IMG/VR virus record: IMGVR_UViG_3300025121_000776
Coordinates: 1-64,000 of that record
Origin: a virus
Reading direction: 5' to 3' (one strand)
DNA: 64,000 nucleotides
Positions within the stretch are counted from its first letter, which is position 1. Each line of letters starts with the position of its first letter. The notes below the pieces were generated by a model that did no database searches, was not told the origin of the DNA, and saw only the letters and a list, made by a program, of their open reading frames with translations. Below are positions 49,051 through 59,638 of this stretch, piece after piece. The translations under genes were made by a program, and so were the position numbers.

Positions 49051-50697
49051 ATGGAACAAGTCCACGAAATATTATTAAATAGATTTTTTAGCGCAGAAAC
49101 TGCAACTATAAATATTGATGGAATTTTGCAATATTCTAATGAATATTATTTAAATCCAACTGGAGTAGCAGATGAGGTTGTAGACTTCTCAAATGTAAGA
49201 GGGTTTTTATCTAATGAAAACAACCAAAAGATTGTAAAAGCATATTTTTCTTTTATAACTTCTTCTACGATAATGAATTCTTTAATTCCTCCTGCATTCG
49301 CCCCAACCGCAGCATTTAAAGATATATATTACGATGATGAAAAATTAGCAAATTCTTTTAATAATTTCTATAATTCATCAATTGCGAGAGGACAAGACTC
49401 AAGTTTTTTGGTAAATCCAGATATTACAAAAAACTCTATTTCTAATCAATTATTAGCAGGAGATGGAAAAGAAAATATAACACAAACTGTTTATCATAAT
49501 AATTATTATTGGCAAAGTCCAATTCCAGCCACACCTGCTTATTCTCCAGAAAAACACCCATTTACCGCTGTAACTTTAAGTATAAATGATGGTGATAGAA
49601 ATTTAAATGGAGAAGAAAGATTTGTAGAAAAATCTTTAGGGCAAAATTATTATATAAATGTTTTTTTAGAAAAAAACTATACTCAAATGTCAAAAATAAG
49701 CTTTGAGGTGTGCGAAGACTTTGTTTTTAAAGTAATTAACAATAATTCTACTTTTTCTCAAAACACAATAGATAAAATAAAGCATGATGATTATTTTAAA
49801 TCAACAACTAAGGGGATTGATAACTATGATTTGCAGACAACAGAATCTCATTCATTACATCCAAGTACAAGTGGAGAGATAAATTTAGGTTATGATAATT
49901 ATAATAGTTATGATAGTTATTATTATCAAGGAAATGGTATTGTGGTAAACGGAGTAACTGGAACGCCACTAATTCAATGTTTTGTTGACCCAAATTTTAA
50001 AATAAATGAAAACGAAATATGGTCAGATGATATAAATATTCAAAATGTTGTTATATCTAATTCCGCAAATAAAATAATGAACTTAAATAGTTTAATAAAA
50101 ATTGATGCGTCTTTAATACAAAACAGCGATTTATTACAAACAGATTTTGTTGTTTTAGTTATAAGTACAATTTTATTTAATAATAGTGATTTTAAACTTA
50201 GTGGGTCTCTTGCTTTGAGCAAGCAAGGAACTGTGTATAAAAATTATTTAAAGGATGTTGATTTTTCAGTAACAAATAACAATCAAACGGCATCAATGTC
50301 TATTTCAAGTGATGTTGTAATAGAAAATTTTAACCCGAATAATATGCCAACTCAAGCTGTAAACTTTATAAACTCTATATATTTAGCTGGTTTGCATATC
50401 GAAAAAATAAAAAAAGTATTTATACAAGACCCAGATTATTATGTAAATGTTTTTTCTGTATTTACAAATTTAGCACAATTAGATTTGTTTTTAAAAATAG
50501 AAGAGTTGCCCGCAAATGAATTTAACTACAGGTTGCTTAATTATGATTATATTTTAGAAAAAAAGGTTGATAGAAATTATAAAAAAGATTATGTGGATTT
50601 AGAAAATTTTATTCCATTTTTTGAACCGATATCAATAAGTAAAAATTCTTTAATTAAACCAGATTCAGAATTTGCAACTTCAAACAAGATAATATAA
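49051..50697 (+). CDS. Hypothetical protein
   Basis: 548 aa ORF in the structural module. Confidence 0.6.
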   Translation: MEQVHEILLNRFFSAETATINIDGILQYSNEYYLNPTGVADEVVDFSNVRGFLSNENNQKIVKAYFSFITSSTIMNSLIPPAFAPTAAFKDIYYDDEKLANSFNNFYNSSIARGQDSSFLVNPDITKNSISNQLLAGDGKENITQTVYHNNYYWQSPIPATPAYSPEKHPFTAVTLSINDGDRNLNGEERFVEKSLGQNYYINVFLEKNYTQMSKISFEVCEDFVFKVINNNSTFSQNTIDKIKHDDYFKSTTKGIDNYDLQTTESHSLHPSTSGEINLGYDNYNSYDSYYYQGNGIVVNGVTGTPLIQCFVDPNFKINENEIWSDDINIQNVVISNSANKIMNLNSLIKIDASLIQNSDLLQTDFVVLVISTILFNNSDFKLSGSLALSKQGTVYKNYLKDVDFSVTNNNQTASMSISSDVVIENFNPNNMPTQAVNFINSIYLAGLHIEKIKKVFIQDPDYYVNVFSVFTNLAQLDLFLKIEELPANEFNYRLLNYDYILEKKVDRNYKKDYVDLENFIPFFEPISISKNSLIKPDSEFATSNKII

Positions 50698-50729
50698 AAA
50701 TTTTAAATTATTTATAAAAAAATAAAATT

Positions 50730-51608
50730 ATGGCAGTAGGAATTTACGGAACGAAGAAATTGGCAGACATAGATTATAATGACTTAGACATTCTATATGC
50801 ATTTGCCCCAAACAGAGAAACAGTAACGGATAATCAATTAAATCCATTATTTTCCACTATATCAAGTAGTGATTTTGCAAAAATGTTCGGTGCAGATGGC
50901 GCCTATAAATTAAAACTTCCAGCAACTACATTTAATAAATTGGGATTTTATGTGGTTTTAATAAAACCCAAGACTTTTGAGACTAATATAATAGATTGTT
51001 CTTTTATAGTGACTGAGACAAACGAAGACATACAAATTTCAAGAAAAGGTATAGTTATTCCAAAATTACAATTTCAGGGCACTGGAAGCTTAATAGGTTA
51101 TCAAATTGAGTACTTTGATGATAATGGAATTAAAATTAAAAACTTTCATAAAATTATAACTGGAAGTGACTCTGTAAGTCCTGCTCAAAACACAAATCAA
51201 CAAATGGCAGGTTCAACAACAAGTTATTCATTAAATGACAGCGGAGATTCTTTGTTTCTTACTTTAACTCCAGACGAAATTAGTCTTATATCAAATACAG
51301 CAAGGGCTGACCTTGGAAAAGCTGGCCAAAAAATTCTTATCTCAAATACATTTTTTGACCCAACAATGTTGGAAATAGAAATGGTTGACCAAACAATAAA
51401 AACGTTGAGCTACGGTATTTTTGGAAACTCTACAAAAGATATGGAAACTGGATTATTCTCCATATTTGATGAAAACAATAATCTTTATAAACAATATAAT
51501 TTGTTAACTAGAAAAAAAGTGTTCTCAAATGGTAACGTTGACTATAAAGAAGGTAGAACAATTATTAACTATAATCAAACCTTTAATGATTTGTCACAAA
51601 ATCAATAA
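50730..51608 (+). CDS. Conserved phage structural protein
   Basis: MAVGIYGT start, Y.LKLP...FNKLG.Y, NT.FDP..LEIEMV; TATTTATA at 50709-50716. Confidence 0.6.
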   Translation: MAVGIYGTKKLADIDYNDLDILYAFAPNRETVTDNQLNPLFSTISSSDFAKMFGADGAYKLKLPATTFNKLGFYVVLIKPKTFETNIIDCSFIVTETNEDIQISRKGIVIPKLQFQGTGSLIGYQIEYFDDNGIKIKNFHKIITGSDSVSPAQNTNQQMAGSTTSYSLNDSGDSLFLTLTPDEISLISNTARADLGKAGQKILISNTFFDPTMLEIEMVDQTIKTLSYGIFGNSTKDMETGLFSIFDENNNLYKQYNLLTRKKVFSNGNVDYKEGRTIINYNQTFNDLSQNQ

Positions 51609-51634
51609 AAAGCCCCAAATTCTGGGTCAGTTCA

Positions 51635-52024
51635 CTATGTGTAGTTATATCCAGCAGTCCAATAAAATGTTCCTGTTCCTCCTCGATAAATAAATGAAAG
51701 GACGTCTTGAACTCCTATTCCAGTAGTGAATAAAATTGTTCCAGCGCCACCATTTACAACTTTACTTGTAGCAGGTAAAGTTAGTGAATAATTTCCTGCC
51801 CCCCCTTGTTCAACAATTATGTTTCCATAATCTCCGTCAGAAACATTTGTTATTGATAAAATTCTTGTTGCCGCAAGAGTTATTTCTGCATTTTTTCCTA
51901 AAGAATAATCCCATATTATCGTTGCGGCATCTGTAAGTGTTTGGAAGGTTTGTGAACTAAAGGCATTGTTTATAGCAATTCTTCCTTGGTCATAAGTATA
52001 TCCAGTTTGTATTAATTCAGCCAT
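51635..52024 (-). CDS. Small tail-fibre-associated beta-domain protein
   Basis: TLTDAATIIWD..LG.NA.ITL..TR.L.ITN, IVEQGGAG...LTLP; minus-strand TATTTATA at 52037-52044. Confidence 0.5.
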   Translation of the reverse strand: MAELIQTGYTYDQGRIAINNAFSSQTFQTLTDAATIIWDYSLGKNAEITLAATRILSITNVSDGDYGNIIVEQGGAGNYSLTLPATSKVVNGGAGTILFTTGIGVQDVLSFIYRGGTGTFYWTAGYNYT

Positions 52025-52091
52025 TTTTCTTTTTTTTATAAATAGTTAGAATATTTTATTTAAAGTAGTAATTACCTAATGTGTCAAAAAA

Positions 52092-53801
52092 TTAAACAAA
52101 ATAGTTTTCATTAGCCATTTTATCCCATGTGTCAACATTATTGCTCCACAACAATTTTAATCTAAATGACAAAGATGTATCTCCAGTTATACTTATTACC
52201 CTACTATCTTGCTGATATCCTCTGTAATATGTATTAAGAGCGTATGTTCCAGCCTCTAAGCTATCAAATAAATAATTTCCCAAAGAATCTGTTGATTGAG
52301 TTACATAACTTGTGTTTGGATAAATTAACTGTATAGTTGCTCCAGTAACCGTACTTCCAGAAACAGTACCACTTAAAATAAAACTATCAAGAGTTGTTAT
52401 ACCATAATCTAAATAATCTGGATATTCTAATTTTGGTAAAGCATCTACATACGGACTATCAGATTCAACTGAAATATAAGTGTTAAACGCATTATAAGAG
52501 GTTGTGGCACTGTTTATATCAGAAAAGGTAACAACTCTTTGTTTAACTCCAAATAAGTTTATAAGTTCTTTAACATTGCCTATTCTATATAGAAATGTTT
52601 TTCCAGGTGACAAAGACACAGACATTTTTCTTATTACGTCTGTTGTTTTTTGTGTTATTGACCAAGGTTCTACATCTGTTCCCAGCATTTCATTAGTGCT
52701 CAATCGAGTATCTTCTTTGGAAATTGGATATGAGTATACCGTTCCACTAAACGTTGTATCTCCAGTATTATAAACAACCTGTAATACAAAATTATCTCCG
52801 TCATCTGTTTCAGACCATCTCCATGTTGGAGAAAAAGTAGTTAACTGCCCAGAAACCAAAGGTGATTCCCATTTTGGCTTATTAGGAATTAAAAAATATG
52901 TAAAAAAATTTCCCACAACACTTACTCCAGAGAATGTACCTGCAGTTATAGTGTGTGCTCTATTTAAAGTAGTTTCTGTAAAATCCTTTTGATAATCTAT
53001 TAGAATAAGATTTTTGTTTGAATCTATTTGATAAAACTCTGTATAATCAGCTCCCTGCTCTCTTTGAAAGTTAAATTGAGTTGTAATAAAATATTGTGCA
53101 TAATCTTGGAATAATTGGAATTTATAATCACCTTTTTTCTTTTGATATTCATCTAAAAATAAATTATAGACATCAGTCGTAATACCAGTTGTGGTAGCTG
53201 TAATGGTTAAAATTGGATTTTCCAACAAACTTCTTATTGGCGCTAATTTATCATTATTATCAGTACTACTAATTTTTGAGGGGAAAAGTTTTGGCGCTGA
53301 TTTTTGAGTTGTATTTGTTTTTGATGTTGTTCTACTGGTAGATGTTGTTTTTATGCTGCCACTTTCATCAGTAAAAGTTTCTTTAATTTCCTCTGTCGAA
53401 CTATCTTCAATTTCTTCTATGCTTTTTCTTATTATTTCAGATGCATATTTAGAAAATTCATCATATGGAATTCTATAAATGTTATGCTTGATAGTTGTAC
53501 CAGTTCCAAAACTTATTGTGTTTGCAGTAAATACAAAACGAATAAAAGGTCTTGATATATTAGTGAAAATTGAATAAATATCTTGATTATAATAATTTGG
53601 TGTACCACCCATTGTATAATATAACGGAGTATCAAAAGTAAAATATGAAGCACCATATTGACTAACATCAATAAATTTATTAATATAAAAACTTTCTGCA
53701 GAGCTAATAGTTGTGCTATTTCCAAATGGAGAATTGCCAGAATGTTTCTGAATTTCTTTCTTAAGAAAAGTTTGAAGAGTTGTATTGTATATTAATGGCA
53801 T
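52092..53801 (-). CDS. Probable virion protein with C-terminal carboxypeptidase-regulatory/prealbumin-like domain
   Basis: ILSGTVSG...GATIQL...TDSLGNYLFDSLEAGTY. Confidence 0.55.
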   Translation of the reverse strand: MPLIYNTTLQTFLKKEIQKHSGNSPFGNSTTISSAESFYINKFIDVSQYGASYFTFDTPLYYTMGGTPNYYNQDIYSIFTNISRPFIRFVFTANTISFGTGTTIKHNIYRIPYDEFSKYASEIIRKSIEEIEDSSTEEIKETFTDESGSIKTTSTSRTTSKTNTTQKSAPKLFPSKISSTDNNDKLAPIRSLLENPILTITATTTGITTDVYNLFLDEYQKKKGDYKFQLFQDYAQYFITTQFNFQREQGADYTEFYQIDSNKNLILIDYQKDFTETTLNRAHTITAGTFSGVSVVGNFFTYFLIPNKPKWESPLVSGQLTTFSPTWRWSETDDGDNFVLQVVYNTGDTTFSGTVYSYPISKEDTRLSTNEMLGTDVEPWSITQKTTDVIRKMSVSLSPGKTFLYRIGNVKELINLFGVKQRVVTFSDINSATTSYNAFNTYISVESDSPYVDALPKLEYPDYLDYGITTLDSFILSGTVSGSTVTGATIQLIYPNTSYVTQSTDSLGNYLFDSLEAGTYALNTYYRGYQQDSRVISITGDTSLSFRLKLLWSNNVDTWDKMANENYFV

Positions 53802-53812
53802 TTTTTAAATTT

Positions 53813-56260
53813 TTAATTGGTAATTACTTGCTCGTTTACAAAATTTTCAGATGTCTCACTTATAGAAATATTTGTTATAGTTACAGCAGGAACATTAGTG
53901 TTTATATAATTTTCATTAACAAAACAATTTATAGAACATATACTTAAATTTGCACTATGTGTGTTTATAATATTTACACCAATATCTGCTATATTTATTG
54001 AATTGCTCAAAGTGTCTATATATCCAATATTAATTGATATAGGAGATTTACTAACAGCAATTGTTGGTGTAAATATAAAATTAATATTTACAGGAGCTAA
54101 TTGTGGATTTAAATCATCTGGAAAACCCTTTCGAAACATAGACCCTCTATCAATTCCTTCTCTATAAACAAATCTTTGTCTATGGAAAACGGGGTTTTTA
54201 TATGTAGTTGAAACGCCTTCGTCAAAAATTGTTGTTGCTGGAACTAATTGCAATACATAATCTCCCAATTGAACTTCTAATAATTCTAAATATGCTTCTA
54301 ATCTACCAATTGTTAAATGACTATTTGCTGGATAAGTCGCATAATAATAGGCTAAATAAATGTTTTCTAATTCTGGATAACTCCAGGTTGTATGTACTTG
54401 AGAATTTGTTTTTCTCGTTGTCGGGTCAATTGAATTTGTATAAACATAATCTATATACTGACTTAGAGTCATAGCTGTCACATTAATTGGAGAAACATCA
54501 TCGCAAGTAAATGTTAAATATTCAAATGGTACAGTTAGCGAACTAAAAGATGGACATCCGCTGCCCCAACTCCAACAACTACATGGTTCTTGATAAAACT
54601 CAAAAACATCACATTCAACAGCAAGTGATGGCTCAAATCTAATTGTAGCCTCTTTTGTGTTTACAACGTTTCTTGTTCCATAGATTGTATCTCCAGTTTG
54701 TGTTTTAATATTATCTATTCTTGCTATTGGATTAAATTCTGGCATCCATTGAGTAATGTATTTATCTCCATCGCCCCTACCAAACCCCCCTTCTTGAAAT
54801 ACATAGGTACTAGCATCATATTTAATATACCCGTCACTATCTATTTTATCATTTAAATCTGGAATTTGTTGTGTAATATCATAAACAAACTCATTGAAAT
54901 TAATTAAACAATCTGGGGCACCCAATAATTTAAAAATAAACATAATTGCATCCCTGGTTCCTTTTTTCTTATACAGCCAAACTAGATTTACTAAAATTCT
55001 TCTCCAAATTTCCACATTGAAATATGAGAAAGAATTTGATTGCGAATCTAAATCTGATGTTAAATAATCAAGTAAATCCAACTCACTAAATCCATCAGCA
55101 AGTTTCCATCCCAAAAGTTGACTTAATTTAAGCATGAATTTTTGAGGAACAGTTTCTTCGTTGTTATATTCTACACTATGTGCATAAGCTATAGCATCTA
55201 TGTAGTTTTTAAGTTTATCAAACTCATATGCATAAGTTTGAACTATTGTTCTATATATTTGTCCATCAGAATCTAATTCTAAATAATTTTCTGGAATAAC
55301 AGTTTTTATAAAAATATCAGTTTTTTCATCATCAACTTTTTCAGCGGCAAGCAATAAATTATCTCTAAAAGTTTCAAATTCAGCTCCATACGAATTTGGA
55401 GCAAACCCATCAATAGTTCTTGGCCACAAAAAGCTTTGGTTAAATGAATCATCTTGAGGAGTTTCTATTGCTGGAATTAAAAATGTACATCCACTTACTC
55501 CGCCCATTAACAATTGAGTTTCTAAAGATGTGATTGACTTATTGTAATCATACACTCTTTCTTTTGTGGGCCTTATATAAACAGCATTATCATAAGTTGT
55601 AATACTATTTCCATCCATTAACCACTCTTTTACCTCAAAATACATATATGTTCCAGAAAGAGAGTAGTTGCTTATAGAAAAAACATCTGTTCCCCCGCTT
55701 AATTGTATACAAAATTTGCCATAATCATAAGGCAAGCTTAAATTATTTTCTGTTACAGCAGATGTTAATGCGATTTCTCCTTGATTTGTTATTCCAGAAA
55801 TTGGAATTTTAAATATAGAAGTTTTTTCAAGTGTAATTCCATTGTAATTTTCTACGTAATCATAAATATTATTAGTTCCACCACTACACAAAATAGCATA
55901 AGGAAAGTTTTCAATTATTCTATTAATCGCAGTTGCAACATTAGTATAAAAAGAAGAAAAATAAGAATAGCTTTTTGGATTATTTTTAGGTAAATTTAAT
56001 TCATTATGCTGTACAAACGAGCTTGTTGCGTTATTTGTAAAATTTACAGCATTTAAAGTTTCTAAGTTATCAAATGTTCCAAATTGAGAATGTTGCGTAT
56101 TAGCGGTAAGCGTATTTAACGTATAATCTCTCTCAATAGTAAAATCACCAAAACTAAATATAGCCTCAGATTTTGAAGCTACCAGTCTTTTTTCTTGTCC
56201 TGGTCTATAATTTATAGACAGCGTTGTAGCTGAATTTGGTATTGTGCTAAAAATAGGCAT
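53813..56260 (-). CDS. Baseplate/tail protein with P2 gpI-like segment
   Basis: VP..F..KLSQLLGW, WRRILVNL..LYKKKGTR.AI....LLG. Confidence 0.6.
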   Translation of the reverse strand: MPIFSTIPNSATTLSINYRPGQEKRLVASKSEAIFSFGDFTIERDYTLNTLTANTQHSQFGTFDNLETLNAVNFTNNATSSFVQHNELNLPKNNPKSYSYFSSFYTNVATAINRIIENFPYAILCSGGTNNIYDYVENYNGITLEKTSIFKIPISGITNQGEIALTSAVTENNLSLPYDYGKFCIQLSGGTDVFSISNYSLSGTYMYFEVKEWLMDGNSITTYDNAVYIRPTKERVYDYNKSITSLETQLLMGGVSGCTFLIPAIETPQDDSFNQSFLWPRTIDGFAPNSYGAEFETFRDNLLLAAEKVDDEKTDIFIKTVIPENYLELDSDGQIYRTIVQTYAYEFDKLKNYIDAIAYAHSVEYNNEETVPQKFMLKLSQLLGWKLADGFSELDLLDYLTSDLDSQSNSFSYFNVEIWRRILVNLVWLYKKKGTRDAIMFIFKLLGAPDCLINFNEFVYDITQQIPDLNDKIDSDGYIKYDASTYVFQEGGFGRGDGDKYITQWMPEFNPIARIDNIKTQTGDTIYGTRNVVNTKEATIRFEPSLAVECDVFEFYQEPCSCWSWGSGCPSFSSLTVPFEYLTFTCDDVSPINVTAMTLSQYIDYVYTNSIDPTTRKTNSQVHTTWSYPELENIYLAYYYATYPANSHLTIGRLEAYLELLEVQLGDYVLQLVPATTIFDEGVSTTYKNPVFHRQRFVYREGIDRGSMFRKGFPDDLNPQLAPVNINFIFTPTIAVSKSPISINIGYIDTLSNSINIADIGVNIINTHSANLSICSINCFVNENYINTNVPAVTITNISISETSENFVNEQVITN

Positions 56261-56275
56261 TTAATTTTTATTTTT

Positions 56276-56382
56276 TATAAATATTAGCAAAAAAGATTTA
56301 AAAATAAACTATAACAGTTTTTCATTGCATTAACTATTTATTTTAAAAAAAAGTTTGAATATTTTTTATTTGATTATTTATA
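56276..56382. promoter_or_regulatory. Divergent pair of TATTTATA octamers
   Basis: Minus-strand copy 56276-56283 (15 nt before ATG 56260) and plus-strand copy 56375-56382 (16 nt before ATG 56399). Confidence 0.6.
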
Positions 56383-56398
56383 AGAAAAAATTAATAAA

Positions 56399-58432
56399 AT
56401 GAGTTATTTAGTTCAAGAACCATCAAATTTCATAAACATCAAACTCACCGACACTGGAAGAAGGTTGTTGTCTTTGGGAGCATTAACTTTCAACAAAATA
56501 ATTCTTTCTGATAGAGAAATCAACTATAGTATGGGAAGAAGCGGTTATGACCTTTGTCACAATAGAGTTTTATCTCCAAAAGATGACCAACCGAAATTTA
56601 ATTTTAATTTTGACGCATCAACCCCAGCTACAATAAATGGACAAAACTTAACAAGTGCCAGACAAATTGTAACAGCCATGACAAATTCTATTGGGTTTTT
56701 TTCTGGTGGTTCTGGCGGCTTTTTTATAAAAACAACCGCTTCAGAAGGACAAGGAGAACCTTTAGGGGTAGCTGAAATAGATTATTCTTTAACTATTCCA
56801 AGTGGTGGAACTGAAATTTATTTTACTGCAGGAGGATATTCTGCAAACACAGGAAATTTGGTTTATATTCCTTGGGAACCACCACAATATAGCGGAATAA
56901 CAAATTCTGGAAGTACTATTTTTAGTGGAAGACCAAATGTTTCTCTTTGGTACAGAGTTCAAGGAAGAAGTGGCTTAAAATTAGATTTAGATAGAAGTAC
57001 TCCAAATTTTGGAAATTCATCTATTGCTGGCTCAACACAAAAAATTAAAGCATATTTTTATCCGTTTGGGGAAGTTGAAGATTATTATGGGTCTGGAGTA
57101 ACAACTAATTGTGGAATTTGGAATATGAATATTATAAGAACATCTTCTGAAATAGGCACAACAGTTGCAATGAGTGGATACACAACTTATGGGTCTATAG
57201 ACTTTAATGGAACAAAACAATATCTTGGATTTGATAATGAAACAAAAGCTTTTGGAATAATACATTACACAAACAAATATTCTGGAAACACTTATGCAGA
57301 ACAACTTGTACCTGGTACAGTTAAATTAGAAATTCCAAACATAATGTGGCATAAATATTTTTCTACACAAGTAGGACAAGAAATGAGTTATGGAATCACT
57401 TTATATGATTCTTATGGAAATAATATATTCGATAATGTGGCTCAAACAAGTTATAAAGAATTAAGAGATGGAATTTCAAGCACCTCTAATGTTGTAGGAA
57501 GAGTTTATTATAAATTAAAAATTATCATCATAACCGACCAAGAATTATTAACGGTATTAACATATAAATCAAATAGAAATTATACATTACCAAAAGTTAA
57601 TTTAAATTTAATGCCCTCTAACTCAGTAGCAAATGCAACTGGATTATGTAAAACAGATTATTCTTACTATGTAACATATGTAACTTATAGTAACACTTAT
57701 TTAAGCGGGACAAGTTATGGATATCCACAAAGTCTACCATGCTCATATGTCGAAAGAATAGATGGGCAAACCGATTCTAATGACATGGGTTCTGTTTTAG
57801 CGGTAAGTTTTCCTTCTTTTGCATTTCCTTTTATGAGAAATTCCGCAAACTTAGAAACACTAAGTGGAACTGGTTGGAACGCAAATTCTATACAAATATT
57901 ATTGCAAGAAATCACAACATCTGCAACAACTTTGGTTGGCGACTTACCAACAGGTAATTGGAAATTAATTTCTAATGGAATTGGAAATGGAATTTATACT
58001 GGAGAAACTGGACAAAACACAATTGCCCCACAAAGCTTACAAAGTCATGCGTTTATGATTACTCAACAAGATTATGATTCTGGAACAACTTATTCTTTAA
58101 TTGGGCAATTTTCAGCATTTACGTCAAATATAGATTTTGCAGCATCTAGCGGATTAACTTTTGGAAATGAAACATTTTTCTATGGTAATTTAACAACAGG
58201 AATTCAAGCAAACGTTTTCAAAACTATAATTACAGTATTTGCTAGAAATGATGAATTTAATTCATCTACATACAATTCAACATTTAATTCTTTATATGAT
58301 GAAAATACTTTTATTACAGAGATAGGAATATTAAATGCCAATGACGAATTGGTTGCTGTAGCAAAACCTTCATATCCCATAAAGAAAAATGAATCAAGAT
58401 ATTTAGCATTTCAATTAGAATTAGATTTTTAA
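56399..58432 (+). CDS. Baseplate/tail-collar-like structural protein
   Basis: IKLTDTGRRLL...SDREINY N-terminal motif and FITEIGILN..DELVAVAK C-terminal motif. Confidence 0.6.
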   Translation: MSYLVQEPSNFINIKLTDTGRRLLSLGALTFNKIILSDREINYSMGRSGYDLCHNRVLSPKDDQPKFNFNFDASTPATINGQNLTSARQIVTAMTNSIGFFSGGSGGFFIKTTASEGQGEPLGVAEIDYSLTIPSGGTEIYFTAGGYSANTGNLVYIPWEPPQYSGITNSGSTIFSGRPNVSLWYRVQGRSGLKLDLDRSTPNFGNSSIAGSTQKIKAYFYPFGEVEDYYGSGVTTNCGIWNMNIIRTSSEIGTTVAMSGYTTYGSIDFNGTKQYLGFDNETKAFGIIHYTNKYSGNTYAEQLVPGTVKLEIPNIMWHKYFSTQVGQEMSYGITLYDSYGNNIFDNVAQTSYKELRDGISSTSNVVGRVYYKLKIIIITDQELLTVLTYKSNRNYTLPKVNLNLMPSNSVANATGLCKTDYSYYVTYVTYSNTYLSGTSYGYPQSLPCSYVERIDGQTDSNDMGSVLAVSFPSFAFPFMRNSANLETLSGTGWNANSIQILLQEITTSATTLVGDLPTGNWKLISNGIGNGIYTGETGQNTIAPQSLQSHAFMITQQDYDSGTTYSLIGQFSAFTSNIDFAASSGLTFGNETFFYGNLTTGIQANVFKTIITVFARNDEFNSSTYNSTFNSLYDENTFITEIGILNANDELVAVAKPSYPIKKNESRYLAFQLELDF

Positions 58433-58469
58433 AAAAATTTTTTAATATATTTATAAAAAAAAATAAATT

Positions 58470-58910
58470 ATGGGGCAAATATTATCATCAGATACAGTTT
58501 ATGCAGTAGCATACTTAACAGAAAAGGGAAGAAATTATCTTTTTGACCCAATGGGGTCTAATAGATTCGTAGAGCAAATTATAGGTGGAAATACAGTAAC
58601 AATAGATTTATTTAAAATCACTTATTTCTCAATGTCTGACCCAGATACAAATTATAACTTAACATCTGGAGTGCTATTGGAAACTGGCGACATTATAGAT
58701 GTTTCTGGAAAAAATGAAGGATGTATTAAAGGTACTTTAACTGGAGAAGAAATTAATTTAATTTCTTATAACGGAGTAGTTGGAGGGAATATTAATAATG
58801 ACCCAGTTGATATTCCAGCAGACGCACCAGTAGAAATTACAGTAGATTATACAGATGTTCAATTTCCATTGTCTATTGATATCATACCTTCAGCCCCAAC
58901 TGCAAATTAA
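58470..58910 (+). CDS. Structural protein, paralog of the 56399 N-terminus
   Basis: AYLTEKGRNYL...FSMSDPDTNY; TATTTATA at 58448-58455. Confidence 0.55.
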   Translation: MGQILSSDTVYAVAYLTEKGRNYLFDPMGSNRFVEQIIGGNTVTIDLFKITYFSMSDPDTNYNLTSGVLLETGDIIDVSGKNEGCIKGTLTGEEINLISYNGVVGGNINNDPVDIPADAPVEITVDYTDVQFPLSIDIIPSAPTAN

Positions 58911-58927
58911 TTAACAACAAATAAATT

Positions 58928-59611
58928 ATGGCAACAAGTCTAAATACAACTAATTTAAATTCAGTAAGTGCTGTTTTAACAAAAAACGCAATATCTGAAA
59001 GTACAATAAATAGAGATTTGGCATCTCAATTAAGTTCGGCAACAAAAAAACAGTCAAATGGTGACCCTACATCATTGCTTACTTATGCAATGAAGTTCAC
59101 AAGCTATGATATGACTGTTCCAACAAAACAAAAAATTATTCCAGAAACATTTACAATGAATGCTTGCTTTCCTGGATTAAAAAATCTTAGCGTTACTCCT
59201 CCAATTTATGTTTTACAATTTCCAGGAACATCATTTGGACTTATATTTTTCTTTCCCAATAGCAATGACGTAAAATCTTATGATGAGTTTCGTTTTGGCT
59301 TTGGAGAAGTAGATGCTACTTATGATATTGGATGGAGAGTTTATAAAACAAGGGTTTCAGATGTTTATAAACAAGTTTTTACAACTTGGTGTATGACATT
59401 GCCAAATAATGTTTCCGACCTAGCAACTACTCCAGGAGTTTCATCTAAATCAAAAACAATTACATCTGAATTGAGTAAAATGGAAAAAACACTTAACTTT
59501 TCAGTGGCTGGAGCTTCCACTGGCGATAGAGGGGTAAAAAACATCTCAGTTAGATTTAATTATATTCCAGGTTCTGTACCAACAGTTCCACCAGTATCAA
59601 CAATAGCATAA
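58928..59611 (+). CDS. Hypothetical T/S-rich structural protein
   Basis: 227 aa ORF in the structural module. Confidence 0.55.
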   Translation: MATSLNTTNLNSVSAVLTKNAISESTINRDLASQLSSATKKQSNGDPTSLLTYAMKFTSYDMTVPTKQKIIPETFTMNACFPGLKNLSVTPPIYVLQFPGTSFGLIFFFPNSNDVKSYDEFRFGFGEVDATYDIGWRVYKTRVSDVYKQVFTTWCMTLPNNVSDLATTPGVSSKSKTITSELSKMEKTLNFSVAGASTGDRGVKNISVRFNYIPGSVPTVPPVSTIA

Positions 59612-59638
59612 AAACAAGAATAAATAAAAATCAAAAAT

